A stretch of 64,000 bases of DNA from Planctomycetota bacterium (GTDB lineage: Bacteria; Planctomycetota; PLA2; JAEUHO01): contig JBFWRP010000006.1 in NCBI GenBank assembly GCA_050248855.1, positions 1 to 64,000 on the forward strand. The letters are read 5' to 3'. The position numbers and the translations under genes are program-made. Under the pieces are notes generated by a model that was not told where the DNA came from, did not search any database, and worked only from the letters and a program-made list of their open reading frames with translations. The stretch's first letter is position 1; every line of letters begins with the position of its first letter. Positions 48,170 to 63,983 of this stretch are shown here, piece by piece.

Positions 48170-49584
48170 GCACGCACCCTGGACCTGCGAGCTCCACTCG
48201 AGGGGGGGCCTTCCGGGTTCTCGTCGTCGACGACGAGGACGACGTACGGCGTGGCCTGGCCCTGCTCTCCAAGGACGTCGGGGGCGACGTACGCGATGCC
48301 AGCAGCGCGGAAGCAGCCTTGTCCGTGGTACGGGCGTGGGATCCGCACGTGGTGGTCAGCGACATCACGATGCCGGGGCTCTCGGGCCTTGACCTCCTGG
48401 ACGAGCTGCACCGCACGCGACCGCACGTGCGGGTCGTCCTGATCACGGGCTTCGGGACGATCGAGATGGCGGTCTCGGCCCTGCAGCGGGGTGCCTCGCA
48501 CTTCCTGACCAAGCCCTTCGAGAACGAGGAGGTGCGCGAGACCGTAAGCCGACTCGGCCGCGAAGCCCTGTTGGACGAGCAGCTCCGCGCCGCCCGGGCC
48601 GAGGACCTCCGGCGCGGGCAGTTCGTCGCGCGCGACCGCGTCATGGACCCCGTCCTGCACAAGATCGCGCAGGTGGCCCCGACCTCGATGTCCGTGTTGA
48701 TCACGGGGGAGAGCGGCACCGGGAAGGAGCTGGCGGCACGCGCCATCCACCGTCAGAGCTCCGTGGCCGACCGTCCCTTCGTCGCCCTGAACACGGCCGC
48801 CCTGCCCGACGCCTTGCTGGAATCCGAGCTGTTCGGACATGCCCGCGGCGCGTTCACGGGCGCCACGAAGGATCGGCAGGGCCTCTTCCAGCAAGCCGCA
48901 GGAGGGACGGTCTTCCTGGACGAAGTGGGCTTCATGTCCCCGGCGTTCCAGGTGAAGCTGCTGCGCGTGCTGCAGGACCGGACGGTGGTTCCGCTTGGCA
49001 CGTCCAAGGCCGTCCCGGTCGACTTCCGGCTTGTCGCGGCGACGGCCCAGGATCTGCGCGAGCAGATGGCGGCGGGTCTCTTCCGCGAGGATCTCTTCTA
49101 CCGACTCAACGTCGTGCCGATCGAGATGCCTCCCTTGCGCGAGCGTCCCGCGGACATCGTCCCCCTGGCGGCGCACTTCCTGGCCCGCTATGCGGACTGC
49201 GTACCGGGCCTGGCCGGGCGCGCCCTGACCCTGTCGCGCGAAGCGCTCCAGCTCCTGACGAGCTACTCGTGGCCCGGCAACGTGCGCGAGCTGGAGAACG
49301 CGGTGCAGCGGGCTCTCGTGCTTTCGGGGGGTGAGCCGATCCAACCCGAGCACCTGGGCCTGCCCCCGGAGGGTGCGTACACGCCGGACGAGTCCACGTC
49401 GTCGTACGAGGAAGCCAAGGAGGCCGCCGTTCGCTCCTTCCAGCGTGGCTTCATCGAGCGGGCCCTGGCGCGCTCGGGGGGCAACGTCACCCGGGCTGCC
49501 GAGTCATGCGGCATGACCCGCGCCGCCCTCCAACGCATCCTCCGGGCCCTGGACATCGACCGCGGCGCCTTCGCCTCCGACTGA
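48166..49584 (+). CDS. Sigma54-dependent response regulator (NtrC family)
   Basis: Receiver VVDDE/SDITMPG; GESGTGKE; ESELFGH.RGAFTGA; WPGNVRELEN; Fis HTH. Confidence 0.96.
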   Translation: MSTHPGPASSTRGGAFRVLVVDDEDDVRRGLALLSKDVGGDVRDASSAEAALSVVRAWDPHVVVSDITMPGLSGLDLLDELHRTRPHVRVVLITGFGTIEMAVSALQRGASHFLTKPFENEEVRETVSRLGREALLDEQLRAARAEDLRRGQFVARDRVMDPVLHKIAQVAPTSMSVLITGESGTGKELAARAIHRQSSVADRPFVALNTAALPDALLESELFGHARGAFTGATKDRQGLFQQAAGGTVFLDEVGFMSPAFQVKLLRVLQDRTVVPLGTSKAVPVDFRLVAATAQDLREQMAAGLFREDLFYRLNVVPIEMPPLRERPADIVPLAAHFLARYADCVPGLAGRALTLSREALQLLTSYSWPGNVRELENAVQRALVLSGGEPIQPEHLGLPPEGAYTPDESTSSYEEAKEAAVRSFQRGFIERALARSGGNVTRAAESCGMTRAALQRILRALDIDRGAFASD

Positions 49585-49613
49585 CCGGGCTTGGCCAGGT
49601 CCCGACGCGCGCT

Positions 49614-49697
49614 GACTGCATCCACGGACTGCATCCAGATGGTGCGCGAAGCCCGCCAGGTGCTGCCTCGCGTATGCAGCTCGCGAGACCGATGCAA
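49614..49697 (+). promoter_or_regulatory. Candidate enhancer (UAS) sites
   Basis: Direct repeat GACTGCATCCA (49614, 49627); NtrC-like TGCATCCAGATGGTGCG (49630-49646); further TGCA at 49675 and 49693. Confidence 0.5.
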
Positions 49698-49808
49698 TCG
49701 GGCCTGCTGCCCCGGGCGCGGGTTCCCGCCGCGTACGCGCGTAGGCGGCGGCCCCTGAAGCGAAGCCCGAGGCGGCCGATCCATGGGCCTCCGTGCGCGC
49801 GTGGGCGT

Positions 49809-49825
49809 TCGGCACGGTTTTTCCA
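49809..49825 (+). promoter_or_regulatory. Sigma54 promoter candidate (variant -12 box) for the nar-act operon
   Basis: TCGGCACGGTTTTTCCA: good -24 box, TTCC instead of TTGC at -12. Confidence 0.5.
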
Positions 49826-49857
49826 AGGCGCCTCCCCAGCCCACGGGGGACGCCACC

Positions 49858-50754
49858 TTGACGACGACGCACCGCTTCCTGATCGCCGCGGCGCTGCTTG
49901 CGGGCCTCGTGGCTGCGAGCCGTCCGGCCGTGGCTCGCGACCCGGTAGCCGAGGACTTCCGCCAGAGCTGCTCGAGCTGCCACACGATCGGCGGAGGGCG
50001 CCTGGCGGGGCCGGACCTCAAGGGCGTCGGCGAGCGGCGCGACCTCGAGTGGCTCGTCCGGTTCGTCCTGGATCCGGGCGCGGTCATCGACGCCGGTGAC
50101 CCCACGGCCGTCGAGCTGCTCGCCACGCACAACAACGTCCGCATGCCCGCCGTCCCGGGCATGACACGGGCTCGGGCCGAAGCCCTCTTGGCGCTGATCG
50201 CGCGCGAGTCACGGCTCGACGAGTCGCAGTTCCAGGGACTGGCGATGAGCACGCGCCCCTTCACACCGGCCGATGTCGCCCGAGGCCGCGACCTGTTCCT
50301 CGGCACGGCGAGCCTGGCGAACGGTGGGGCCTCGTGCATGAGCTGCCACGCCTGCGGCCAGCTCCCGCTCGCTGGCGGCGGCCGCCTGGGACCGGACCTG
50401 ACCAAGGTGTTCGAGCGCTACGCCGACCGCAAGACCCTGGGGGCCTGGCTGGGTGCACCCGCGACGCCCACGATGGCGCCCACCTTCCGCGACCGACCGC
50501 TGGACGTGGAGACGGAGGTGTTGCCGCTCGTCGCGTTCTTCGAGCACGCCTCGCGTACGGCCCAGGAAGAGCAGGGACGCACGCCGATGACCCTGTTCTT
50601 CCTGTTGTCCGCGGCCTGTGCCGGCGCCCTTCTTGCGCTCGGCGGACGGGTTTGGGGGCGGCGCTTCCGCGCCGTGCGCCGGCCGCTCGTCCGGGCTGCG
50701 TCATGGAGCGGGAGGGGCAGCGGCCCTGCGCCGTCGGAGAGGAGCTCGTCATGA
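49858..50754 (+). CDS. Membrane-anchored periplasmic diheme cytochrome c (NarC-like)
   Basis: Signal peptide, CSSCH and CMSCH, GPDL motifs, C-terminal TM; stop overlaps the narG start. Confidence 0.9.
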   Translation: MTTTHRFLIAAALLAGLVAASRPAVARDPVAEDFRQSCSSCHTIGGGRLAGPDLKGVGERRDLEWLVRFVLDPGAVIDAGDPTAVELLATHNNVRMPAVPGMTRARAEALLALIARESRLDESQFQGLAMSTRPFTPADVARGRDLFLGTASLANGGASCMSCHACGQLPLAGGGRLGPDLTKVFERYADRKTLGAWLGAPATPTMAPTFRDRPLDVETEVLPLVAFFEHASRTAQEEQGRTPMTLFFLLSAACAGALLALGGRVWGRRFRAVRRPLVRAASWSGRGSGPAPSERSSS

Positions 50755-53700
50755 GCAACGACAAGTCCCTGCCGTGGATCAAGGATGTCGTGAAGCCCCG
50801 CTCCCGCGGCTGGGAAGAGTTCTATCGCAACCGCTGGCAGCACGACAAGGTCGTCCGTTCGACGCACGGCGTCAACTGCACCGGCGGCTGCACGTGGATG
50901 ATCCACGTCAAGGACGGCATCGTCACGTGGGAGATGCAGGGCTTGGACTATCCAAGGCTCGAGAGCGGCATCCCACCGTACGAGCCTCGCGGTTGCCAGC
51001 GCGGCATCTCGTACAGCTGGTACCTCTACAGCCCGCTGCGCGTGAAGTACCCGTACGTACGCGGCGCCTTGCTCGATCTCTGGCGGGAGGCCAAGGGACA
51101 CCACACCGATCCCGTCGAGGCTTGGGCCTGGATGGTGTCGAGCGAGGAGCGCCGCCAGCGCTGGCAGCGGGCGCGCGGCAAGGGCGGGCTTCGACGCAGC
51201 ACGTGGGACACGGTGCTGGAGATGATCGCGGCTGCGAACGTGCACACCATCAAGGAGCACGGCCCCGACCGCATCGCGGGCTTCTCGCCGATCCCCGCGA
51301 TGAGCATGATCAGCTACGCGGCAGGCGCGCGCATGCTGCAGCTGATGGGCGGGGTCGCGCTTTCGTTCTACGACTGGTACTGCGACCTGCCCAACGCATC
51401 CCCCGAGACGTGGGGGGAACAGACCGACGTCAACGAGAGCGCAGACTGGTTCAACGCCAAGCTCCTGGCGGTCATGGGCTCGAACCTCAACATGACGCGG
51501 ACGCCCGACTGCCACTTTGCCGCCGAGGCGCGCACGAACGGCACGAAGATGTACGTCTTCTCGCCGGACTTCAACCAGGTTGCCAAGTACGCAGACACCT
51601 GGATCTCGCTCAATGCGGGCCAGGACGGTGCATGGTGGATGGCCGTCAACCACGTCCTCCTCAAGGAGCTCCACCACGACCGCCAGGTTCCGTACTTCAC
51701 CGAGTACGCCAAGCAGTACACGGATGCTCCCTTCTTGGTCGAGCTCGTCGAGAAGGACGGCATCCATGCCCCGGGCCAGCTCCTCAGGGCGGGCCGCCTA
51801 ACGCGCTACCGCGACGAGGAGAACGGCGGCTGGAAGTTCCTGGTGTGGGACGCGAACGCCGATGCGCCGCGGATGCCCAAGGGCAGCGTCGGCCATCGCT
51901 GGCAGGGCCAGAAGGGGCAGTGGAACCTCAAGCTCGAGGACGGGCTGGACGACTCCCCGCTCGACCCGGTCCTGACGTCCCTGGGCGAGGGTCAGGACAC
52001 CCTGGTCGAGCTGGATGACTTCGCGGCGGGATGCCGACGTCAGCGGGGTGTTCCGGCCCGGCGCATCGAGCTGGACGACGGTTCGAGCGTGCTGGTCGCG
52101 ACCGTCCACGATCTCCTCATGGCGCAGTACGGCGTGCCCCGCGGGCTCTCGGGTGACTACCCCGTCGACTACGACGACGCCGACGCGCCCTACACGCCCG
52201 CGTGGAGCGAGAAGTACACGGGCATGGCCCGCAAGGACCTGATCCAGTTCGCACGCGAGTGGGGGAGCACGGCCGAGCACACCCGCGGGAAGTGCACGAT
52301 CATCATCGGCGCGGGCGTCAACCACTGGTACCACGCCAATCTGATGTACCGGGCGGGGATCCACGCCCTGCTGTTCTGCGGGTGCGTAGGCGTCAACGGT
52401 GGTGGCTTGGCCCACTACGTCGGTCAGGAAAAGCTCGCTCCCCAGGAGCCTTGGAGCGCGATGGCGTTCGCCAAGGACTGGTACGGTGCCGCCCGGCTGC
52501 AGAACGCACCTTCGTGGCACTACGTGCACAGCGACCAATGGCGCTACGAGCGGGAATTCACCGACTACCACACGGTCCCTGGTGGACAGCCCGAGGACAG
52601 CTTGGCGCGCGGGCACACCATGGACGCCCAGGTCCGGGCCGTGCGCAACGGGTGGCTGCCGTTCTACCCCCAGTTCGACCGGAGTCCGCTGCGCGTGGCC
52701 GAAGAGGCCCAGGCCGCCGGCGCCCGGAGCGATGCCGACATCGTGAAGAACGTGGCCGAGCGACTCGTCTCCCGCGATCTCAAGTTTGCCGTGGAAGACC
52801 CGGATGCGCCCTCGGCCTGGCCGCGGATCTGGTTCATCTGGCGGGGCAACGCGCTGATGTCCTCCAGCAAGGGGCACGAGTACTTCCTCAAGCACTACCT
52901 CGGTACGCACCACAACGACATCGCGACACCCATTGCGAAGGACCACGTCAGGGAAGTGGCGTGGCACGAGCACGCGCCGATGGGCAAGATGGACCTGGTC
53001 GTCGATCTCAACTTCCGCATGGACACGTCGGCGCTGTACAGCGACATCGTCCTTCCGGCGGCCACCTGGTACGAGAAGGCCGACCTCAACTCGACCGACA
53101 TGCACTCGTTCATCCATCCCCTGGCGCCGGCGGTTCCGCCGTGCTGGGAATCGAAGTCGGACTGGGCGATCTTCCGCAGCATCGCGCAGCGATTCAGCGA
53201 GCTGGCGGTCAAGCACTTCCCCAAGCCCGTCAAGGACGTCCTGACCGGACCGCTGCTGCATGACACGCCGGCCGAGATCGCCCAGCCCTCCATGCAGGAC
53301 TGGGTGGATGGCGGCGTCGAGGCCGTTCCGGGCCGCACGATGCCCACCCTCCAGGTCGTCACGCGCAGCTACCCGGACCTCTACCGGCAGTTCATCTCGC
53401 TCGGCCCCTTGGTTCGCGAGAAGGGGCTGGGTGCCCACGGGACCCACTACGACTGCGCCGACTTCTACGACGAGATGCTGGCGACCTGGCCCGTGGAGCG
53501 GTGGGGCGGCAAGGCCTATCCGTCCATCAAGGACGACCTGCAGGCCTGCAACGCCATCCTGCGCCTGGCTACCGTCACCAACGGCGAGCTGGCTTGGCGC
53601 AGCTACAAGGACATGGAGGAGAAGACCGGTCTTCCGCTCGTCCACCTGGCCGAGCCGACGCGGGCGCTCCGCACGGATTTCGCGGCGATCCAGGCGCGAC

Positions 53701-54392
53701 CGCAGCGGTTCATCAACAGCCCGATGTGGTCGGGTCTCGTCGACCAGGGTCGGGCCTATGCACCCTTCACGTTCCAGAAGGAAGCGCTCGTCCCGTGGCG
53801 CACGCTCACGGGTCGTCAGCACCTCTACCTCGACCATCCGGGGTACATCCAGTTCGGCGAACACCTGCCGACGTACAAGCCCAAGCCCTTGCCGACGGAA
53901 TACTCGGACCTGCGCGTGAGCACGCCCGACGGCCCGACGCTGATGCTCAACTACCTGACGCCCCACGGCAAGTGGCACATCCACAGCACGTACGGCGACA
54001 ACGAGCGCATGACCACGCTCTCGCGCGGCTGCGAGCCGTTCTGGATGAACGACAAGGACGCCGAGAGCCTGAACATCGACGACAACGACTACGTCGAGGT
54101 CTACAACGACCACGGCGTCGTCGTGACCCGGGCCGCTGTCTCGGCGCGCATCCCGCGCGGGATCTGCATCATCTACCACAGCCCCGAGCGCACGTACGGC
54201 GTGCCGCGCTCGCCGCTGCGCGGCAACCGGCGCGCGGGTGGCCACAACAGCCTGACCCGTACGCGGCTGAAGCCCAACCTCATGGTCGGGGGCTACGGGC
54301 AGTTCTCGTACCACTTCAACTACTGGGGACCCACGGGCTGCAACCGCGATACCCACATTCTCGTGCGCAAGCTCCCCGTGCTCCGCTGGTAG
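50751..54392 (+). CDS. narG: Respiratory nitrate reductase alpha subunit (cytoplasmic NarG/NxrA family)
   Basis: [66 protein letters not shown]; no Tat signal. Confidence 0.97.
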   Translation: MSNDKSLPWIKDVVKPRSRGWEEFYRNRWQHDKVVRSTHGVNCTGGCTWMIHVKDGIVTWEMQGLDYPRLESGIPPYEPRGCQRGISYSWYLYSPLRVKYPYVRGALLDLWREAKGHHTDPVEAWAWMVSSEERRQRWQRARGKGGLRRSTWDTVLEMIAAANVHTIKEHGPDRIAGFSPIPAMSMISYAAGARMLQLMGGVALSFYDWYCDLPNASPETWGEQTDVNESADWFNAKLLAVMGSNLNMTRTPDCHFAAEARTNGTKMYVFSPDFNQVAKYADTWISLNAGQDGAWWMAVNHVLLKELHHDRQVPYFTEYAKQYTDAPFLVELVEKDGIHAPGQLLRAGRLTRYRDEENGGWKFLVWDANADAPRMPKGSVGHRWQGQKGQWNLKLEDGLDDSPLDPVLTSLGEGQDTLVELDDFAAGCRRQRGVPARRIELDDGSSVLVATVHDLLMAQYGVPRGLSGDYPVDYDDADAPYTPAWSEKYTGMARKDLIQFAREWGSTAEHTRGKCTIIIGAGVNHWYHANLMYRAGIHALLFCGCVGVNGGGLAHYVGQEKLAPQEPWSAMAFAKDWYGAARLQNAPSWHYVHSDQWRYEREFTDYHTVPGGQPEDSLARGHTMDAQVRAVRNGWLPFYPQFDRSPLRVAEEAQAAGARSDADIVKNVAERLVSRDLKFAVEDPDAPSAWPRIWFIWRGNALMSSSKGHEYFLKHYLGTHHNDIATPIAKDHVREVAWHEHAPMGKMDLVVDLNFRMDTSALYSDIVLPAATWYEKADLNSTDMHSFIHPLAPAVPPCWESKSDWAIFRSIAQRFSELAVKHFPKPVKDVLTGPLLHDTPAEIAQPSMQDWVDGGVEAVPGRTMPTLQVVTRSYPDLYRQFISLGPLVREKGLGAHGTHYDCADFYDEMLATWPVERWGGKAYPSIKDDLQACNAILRLATVTNGELAWRSYKDMEEKTGLPLVHLAEPTRALRTDFAAIQARPQRFINSPMWSGLVDQGRAYAPFTFQKEALVPWRTLTGRQHLYLDHPGYIQFGEHLPTYKPKPLPTEYSDLRVSTPDGPTLMLNYLTPHGKWHIHSTYGDNERMTTLSRGCEPFWMNDKDAESLNIDDNDYVEVYNDHGVVVTRAAVSARIPRGICIIYHSPERTYGVPRSPLRGNRRAGGHNSLTRTRLKPNLMVGGYGQFSYHFNYWGPTGCNRDTHILVRKLPVLRW

Positions 54393-54400
54393 GAGGGTCC

Positions 54401-55894
54401 ATGGACGTTCGTTCGCAGATCTCGATGGTCTTCCACCTCGACAAGTGCATCGGATGCCACACCTGCAGCATCGCGTGCAAGAACGTGTGGACGGACCGCA
54501 AGGGCACGGAGTACATGTGGTGGAACAACGTCGAGACGAAGCCTGGTACGGGCTTCCCCACCAAGTGGGAGGACCAGCGCGAGTACCGCGGCGGCTGGGA
54601 GCTGGACGATGAAGGCAACCTGCGTCTGAAGTCGACGAGCAGGGCACGCATCGTGCCCAACATCTTCCACAACCCGCACATGCCGTCCATGGACGACTAC
54701 TACGAGCCGTGGACCTACAAGTACGAGGACTTGTTCAACGCTCCCGAGGGCGATGACCAGCCGACCGCCATCCCGATCTCGAAGGTCACGGGCAACCCGA
54801 TGTCCATCGAGGCCGGACCCAACTGGGACGACGACCTGGGAGGCTCTCCCGTCTACGCGGCGAACGACCCCAACCTGGAGGGGCTGACACCGCAGGAGCG
54901 CGAGCAGCTGTTCGCCATCGAGCGGCTCGTGTTCTTCTACTTCCCGCGGATCTGCAACCACTGCCTGAACCCCTCGTGCGTGGCCTCGTGCCCGAGTGGC
55001 GCGCTGTACAAGCGCGGAGAGGACGGCATCGTCCTCATCGACCAGAAGGTCTGCCGGGCATGGCGCTCGTGCGTCGCGGCCTGCCCCTACAAGAAGACGT
55101 ACTTCAACTGGCAGACCGGGAAGTCGGAGAAGTGCATCCTCTGCTTCCCACGGCTGGAGACGGGCCAGGCACCTGCTTGCTTCCACTCGTGTGTCGGGCG
55201 CATCCGCTACCTGGGCGTCATGCTGTACGACGCCGAGCGCATCGAGGAGGTGGCCAAGCTGCCCGCGGAGCAGATGATCGAGGCGCAACGCGAGATGCTG
55301 CTCGATCCGAACGACCCGGAAGTCGTTCGACAGGCCCGCGCGAACGGCGTCCACGACAGTGTGATCGAGGCCGCCCAGCGCTCGCCCGTCTACCAGTTCG
55401 TGAAGCTCTGGAAGATCGCCCTCCCGCCGCACATCGAGTGGCGAACCCTGCCCATGCTCTTCTACGTACCTCCGCTGCTTCCGGTCATGAGTCGCCGTGA
55501 GGGAGAGACGATCGCCTCGTCGACGGACTCGTTCTTCCATCCCGTCGAGCAGGCTCGCGCTCCGATGGGCTACCTCGCGAACCTGCTGGGCGGCGGCAAC
55601 ACGGGCCATGTCACCTACGCGCTGCGCAAGCAGATGGCCGTTCGCCTCTACCGTCGCTCGCGCACCGTGGGCGACGTCGACGACGCGGTCCTGGCAGACG
55701 TCCTGCGCGAAGCGGACACGACCGAGGACGAGTGCGAGGCGATCTACCGTCTCACCGCGCTCTGCACGTTCGACGAGCGCTTCGTCATCCCGCCGGCCCA
55801 CCGGGAAGAAGCCATCGAGATGATGAAGGAGCCGCACGAGCACCGGCAGAGCGCCGGGTTCGGGTTCCTCTCGGGACCGAGGAGGGGGTTGTGA
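54401..55894 (+). CDS. narH: Nitrate reductase beta subunit
   Basis: LDKCIGCHTCSIACKNVW, WWNNVETKPG, RICNHCLNPSC, CRAWRSCVAACPYKK; AGGAGG RBS. Confidence 0.97.
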   Translation: MDVRSQISMVFHLDKCIGCHTCSIACKNVWTDRKGTEYMWWNNVETKPGTGFPTKWEDQREYRGGWELDDEGNLRLKSTSRARIVPNIFHNPHMPSMDDYYEPWTYKYEDLFNAPEGDDQPTAIPISKVTGNPMSIEAGPNWDDDLGGSPVYAANDPNLEGLTPQEREQLFAIERLVFFYFPRICNHCLNPSCVASCPSGALYKRGEDGIVLIDQKVCRAWRSCVAACPYKKTYFNWQTGKSEKCILCFPRLETGQAPACFHSCVGRIRYLGVMLYDAERIEEVAKLPAEQMIEAQREMLLDPNDPEVVRQARANGVHDSVIEAAQRSPVYQFVKLWKIALPPHIEWRTLPMLFYVPPLLPVMSRREGETIASSTDSFFHPVEQARAPMGYLANLLGGGNTGHVTYALRKQMAVRLYRRSRTVGDVDDAVLADVLREADTTEDECEAIYRLTALCTFDERFVIPPAHREEAIEMMKEPHEHRQSAGFGFLSGPRRGL

Positions 55895-56523
55895 GCCAGG
55901 CGGCCAACCCTGTGTGGGGATCGGTGGGGGACCTCCTCCTGTACCCGGACGCGCACGCCGAGGACGACATGCGCATGTCGGCCGATCTCGTGGCCGCGGC
56001 ATTCCCCGATCTCCTCGGCCGCGCGGGCCGGGGCTTCGGCGAGTGGCTGGCCAGCGTCGGCCCGTCCGACCGCGAGGAGCTGTTCACGCGAACGTTCGAC
56101 ATCAACCCCACGTGTTCCCTCGAGCTGGGGTGGCACCTCTACGGGGAGGACTACAAGCGCGGCAGCTTCTTGGTCGACATGCGACGTCTCATGGCGTCCC
56201 TGGGCATCGAGGAGACGCGGGAGCTCCCGGACCACGTCGTGCACGCGCTCCGGGCGCTCGAGCGACTGCCCCGCGTCAAGGCCCAGTGCTTCTCCCTCGG
56301 CTACGTGCAGCCGGCCCTGGCCAAGATGGTCCAGGGCCTGGAAGCGGCTCCCGGGCCCTGGCGGGACGTCGTCGCGGGGCTGCTGCAGGCGCTCGAGGCC
56401 GCGTACGGCCCGACCCCGGCGACCCCCGCTGCACCGTCGGCCGAGGCGTCGGGCCCCTACGCCGCGGGCCGTGCCTCGGTGGGCGAGGCACGGGTTGCTC
56501 CGGGAGGCTGCCATGCCCGGTAG
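55891..56523 (+). CDS. narJ: Nitrate reductase molybdenum cofactor assembly chaperone
   Basis: LLLYP, FTRTFD, HLYGEDYKRG, ELPDH; lies between narH and narI. Confidence 0.92.
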   Translation: MSQAANPVWGSVGDLLLYPDAHAEDDMRMSADLVAAAFPDLLGRAGRGFGEWLASVGPSDREELFTRTFDINPTCSLELGWHLYGEDYKRGSFLVDMRRLMASLGIEETRELPDHVVHALRALERLPRVKAQCFSLGYVQPALAKMVQGLEAAPGPWRDVVAGLLQALEAAYGPTPATPAAPSAEASGPYAAGRASVGEARVAPGGCHAR

Positions 56524-57244
56524 CGACGGATTCCACCATCTGGACGTGATCCTGTACGCCGTGCTGCCATACATCGCGATGTTCGTCTTCTTCTTGATGA
56601 CGATCTACCGCTACAGGACGCAGTCGTTCAGCTACTCCAGCCTCTCGTCGCAGTTCCTGGAGAACGACAAGCACTTCTGGAGCACGGTCCCGTTCCACTA
56701 CGGGATCCTGTTCGTGCTGCTTGGGCATGTCGTGGCCTTCCTGGTGCCACGCGCGATCCTGGCGTGGAACGGTTCGCCCCTGCGCCTCATGATCCTCGAG
56801 GTCACGGCGATGGCTGCCGGCCTCCTCACGCTCGTGGGGCTGATCAGCCTCATCGTCCGCCGCTTGGTCGTCCCGCGCGTACGCCGCGTGACCACCCCCG
56901 TGGACGGCATCCTCTACGCCCTGTTGTTGTTCCAGGTCGTGACGGGGCTCACGATCGCGTACCACCACACGTGGGGCTCGTCGTGGTTCGCCTCGACGCT
57001 CTCCCCGTACTTGTGGTCGCTGGTCAAGCTTGACCCCGACATCTCGTTCGTCGTGCCCATGCCGCTGTTCGTCAAGCTCCACATCCTGGGGAACTGGGCG
57101 CTGATCCTGATCTTCCCCTTCACGCGGCTGGTGCACGTCCTGGTCATTCCCAACGCCTACCTGTTCCGCAAGACGCAGGTGGTGCGGTGGAACCATCACC
57201 GGCGGGAGATCCGTCGTCCGCCGGGCACCGAGAAGGCGTCTTGA
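56513..57244 (+). CDS. narI: Nitrate reductase gamma subunit (cytochrome b)
   Basis: VLPYIA, SSLSSQFLE, FHYGIL...GH, KLHI, FPFTRLVH. Confidence 0.95.
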   Translation: MPGSDGFHHLDVILYAVLPYIAMFVFFLMTIYRYRTQSFSYSSLSSQFLENDKHFWSTVPFHYGILFVLLGHVVAFLVPRAILAWNGSPLRLMILEVTAMAAGLLTLVGLISLIVRRLVVPRVRRVTTPVDGILYALLLFQVVTGLTIAYHHTWGSSWFASTLSPYLWSLVKLDPDISFVVPMPLFVKLHILGNWALILIFPFTRLVHVLVIPNAYLFRKTQVVRWNHHRREIRRPPGTEKAS

Positions 57245-57291
57245 CGCAGATCCGAGGCCGCCGGCAGGAGGGGCCAAGAACCAGGAGCGCC

Positions 57292-58944
57292 ATGGCACGC
57301 AGGAAGCCCATCGACCGCTGGGAGGTAGAGGACGAGGCGTTCTGGCGCGAGTCGGGAAGCGCGATCGCGTCCCGCAACCTCTGGATCTCGGTGCCCAACC
57401 TGCTCTGCGGGTTCGCGGTATGGCTGTTCTGGTCCGTGGTCATCGTGAAGATCCAGGAGCTCCACGAGGGCAATCCGCTGCTCTTCGACTTCCGGGGGCC
57501 CGACGGAGGTCGCCTCTCGGGCGACCAGTACCGCGCGCTCCTCTACTCGCTGCCCGCCGTCGGCGGCTTGGCGGGGGCGACGCTCCGCATCCCCAACTCG
57601 TTCATGGTGGCCATCACGGGCGGCCGCAACGTCGTGTTCCTCACGTCGCTTCTCCTCCTGCTCCCCGCGCTCGGAACGGGCTACGCGCTGTCGAGCCCGG
57701 ACCTCCCGTTCAGCACCTACATCATCCTGGCCACGCTCTCGGGGATCGGCGGCGGCGCGTTCGCCTCGTCGATGTCCAACATCAGCTTCTTCTTCCCCAA
57801 GCGCGTCCAGGGACTCAGCTTGGGCCTCAACGCCGGCCTGGGGAACCTCGGCGTCAGCGTGATGCAGTTCCTGCTTCCCCTGTCCATGACGGTCGGTCTG
57901 TTCGGCGCGCTGGGTGGTGACCCCCAGGTCCTGCGGCGCTTGGCGGCCGACGGGACCGTCACGTCGAGCTCGCTCTGGATCCAGAACGCCGGATGGGTGT
58001 GGGTGCCCATCCTCGTCGTCTTGGCCGTGGCGGCATGGCGAGGCATGGACAACCTGCCCGGGCTCCGTCCGTCCAGCACGCTGCGCGGGTGCGGCGCCAT
58101 GCTCTGGCTGGAGCTCCTCGGGCTCGTCGGAGCCGCAGCCGGCGTGTTCCTCCTCATGCACCCGTTTGGCCTGCCCGAGCTCCTGCGTACGTTCCTCCTG
58201 CTCGTTCTCGTCATCCTCGTGACGTTGGCGCTCATGCGCTGGGCGACGCCCGCGGGCACGCGCTCGAGCTTGAAGCGTCAGTTCGCCATCTTCCGGAACA
58301 AGCACAGCTGGATCATGACGTGGCTGTACGTCATGACCTTCGGTTCGTTCATCGGTTACAGCGCGGCCTTCCCCAAGCTCATCAAGGACGTGTTCGGCTA
58401 CGTGCGTGTCGACGAGGCCGGTGCGCCCCTGCTCCAGCAGGTCAGCGCGACCGGGGCGCCCAGTCCCCTGGCCTACGCTTGGCTGGGTCCACTTGTCGGG
58501 TCCCTTGTACGACCCCTGGGCGGTTGGCTCTCGGATCGCTTCGGAGGTGCCCGCGTCACGCATTGGACGACGGTGGTGATGATCGGTGCCGCCATCGCCG
58601 TGGGCGTCTTCGTCCACGAGGCGCGGAGCTCGCACGAACCCCAAGCCTACTTCCTGCCCTTCCTGCTCCTCTTCCTCCTGCTCTTCGTGACGACGGGGAT
58701 CGGCAACGGTTCCACGTTCCGGATGGTGCCGATCATCTTCGAGCCTTCGCAGGCCGGCCCCGTGCTGGGCTGGACCTCGGCCGTGGCGGCCTATGGAGCG
58801 TTTCTCGTTCCGACCCTCTTCGGGATGCAGATCCAGGCAGGTACGCCCGAGAACGCGTTGTACGGGTTCTCCGCCTACTACCTCAGCTGCCTGGCGGTGA
58901 ACTGGTGGTTCTACGCCCGCAAGGGTGCGGAGGTCCGTTGCTGA
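57292..58944 (+). CDS. narK: NarK2-type nitrate/nitrite transporter (MFS)
   Basis: W..ED..FW, RNLWISVPNL, FASSMSNISFFFPK, LNAGLGNLGVS, TFGSFIGY, GIGNGSTFRM. Confidence 0.93.
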   Translation: MARRKPIDRWEVEDEAFWRESGSAIASRNLWISVPNLLCGFAVWLFWSVVIVKIQELHEGNPLLFDFRGPDGGRLSGDQYRALLYSLPAVGGLAGATLRIPNSFMVAITGGRNVVFLTSLLLLLPALGTGYALSSPDLPFSTYIILATLSGIGGGAFASSMSNISFFFPKRVQGLSLGLNAGLGNLGVSVMQFLLPLSMTVGLFGALGGDPQVLRRLAADGTVTSSSLWIQNAGWVWVPILVVLAVAAWRGMDNLPGLRPSSTLRGCGAMLWLELLGLVGAAAGVFLLMHPFGLPELLRTFLLLVLVILVTLALMRWATPAGTRSSLKRQFAIFRNKHSWIMTWLYVMTFGSFIGYSAAFPKLIKDVFGYVRVDEAGAPLLQQVSATGAPSPLAYAWLGPLVGSLVRPLGGWLSDRFGGARVTHWTTVVMIGAAIAVGVFVHEARSSHEPQAYFLPFLLLFLLLFVTTGIGNGSTFRMVPIIFEPSQAGPVLGWTSAVAAYGAFLVPTLFGMQIQAGTPENALYGFSAYYLSCLAVNWWFYARKGAEVRC

Positions 58945-59600
58945 TGGTGCCGCAACCGATCCGCGTCGTATTGCTCGGGGTCACCCTGGCGTTCGTCGGG
59001 GGGAGCTTGATCTCCCGCTTGGCGGACGCGCGCCTGCCCGGCAACAACACGGGCCATGCGCCCGTGCAGCCTCTGGCGTACTCGCATCGGCTCCATGCCG
59101 GCGAGCTCGGCATCGACTGTTCGTACTGCCACATGGGTGCGTCGCGCGGGCGTCACGCTGCCATCCCCTCGGCCGACGTCTGCATGGCGTGCCATCGCTC
59201 GGTTCGCGCCAGCCAGGAGGCCGTCAAAGCCGAGGAGCAGGCGGCCGCGGCGGAGGGCCGTACGCCGCGGACGATCGTCTCCGCCGAGCTGGCCAAGCTC
59301 TACGCCGCGCTGGGGCTGGACGATCAGCTGCGACCCGATCCACAGGCGACGCCCTCGCCGATCCCGTGGAAGCAGGTCCACGTGCTGCCCGAACACGCGC
59401 ACTTCGACCACAGCGTCCACATGGCCTCGGGGCTGAAGTGCCAGCAGTGCCACGGGCCCATCGAGACCATGGAACGCGTTCGCCAGCAGGAGAGGCTGAG
59501 CATGGGCTGGTGCATCGAGTGTCACCGTGCCGTGAACCGGGACGGCGTCGGCGGGCAACGCGTTGCCGCCTCCCTCGACTGCGCAGCCTGCCACTACTAG
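58944..59600 (+). CDS. actA: Alternative complex III pentaheme cytochrome c subunit (ActA/QrcA-like)
   Basis: N-terminal TM; PVQPLAYSHRLHAG; five CxxCH (CSYCH, CMACH, CQQCH, CIECH, CAACH); MGWC. Confidence 0.9.
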   Translation: MVPQPIRVVLLGVTLAFVGGSLISRLADARLPGNNTGHAPVQPLAYSHRLHAGELGIDCSYCHMGASRGRHAAIPSADVCMACHRSVRASQEAVKAEEQAAAAEGRTPRTIVSAELAKLYAALGLDDQLRPDPQATPSPIPWKQVHVLPEHAHFDHSVHMASGLKCQQCHGPIETMERVRQQERLSMGWCIECHRAVNRDGVGGQRVAASLDCAACHY

Positions 59601-59611
59601 GACGAGCGAAG

Positions 59612-63979
<4,368 letters not shown>

Positions 63980-63983
<4 letters not shown>

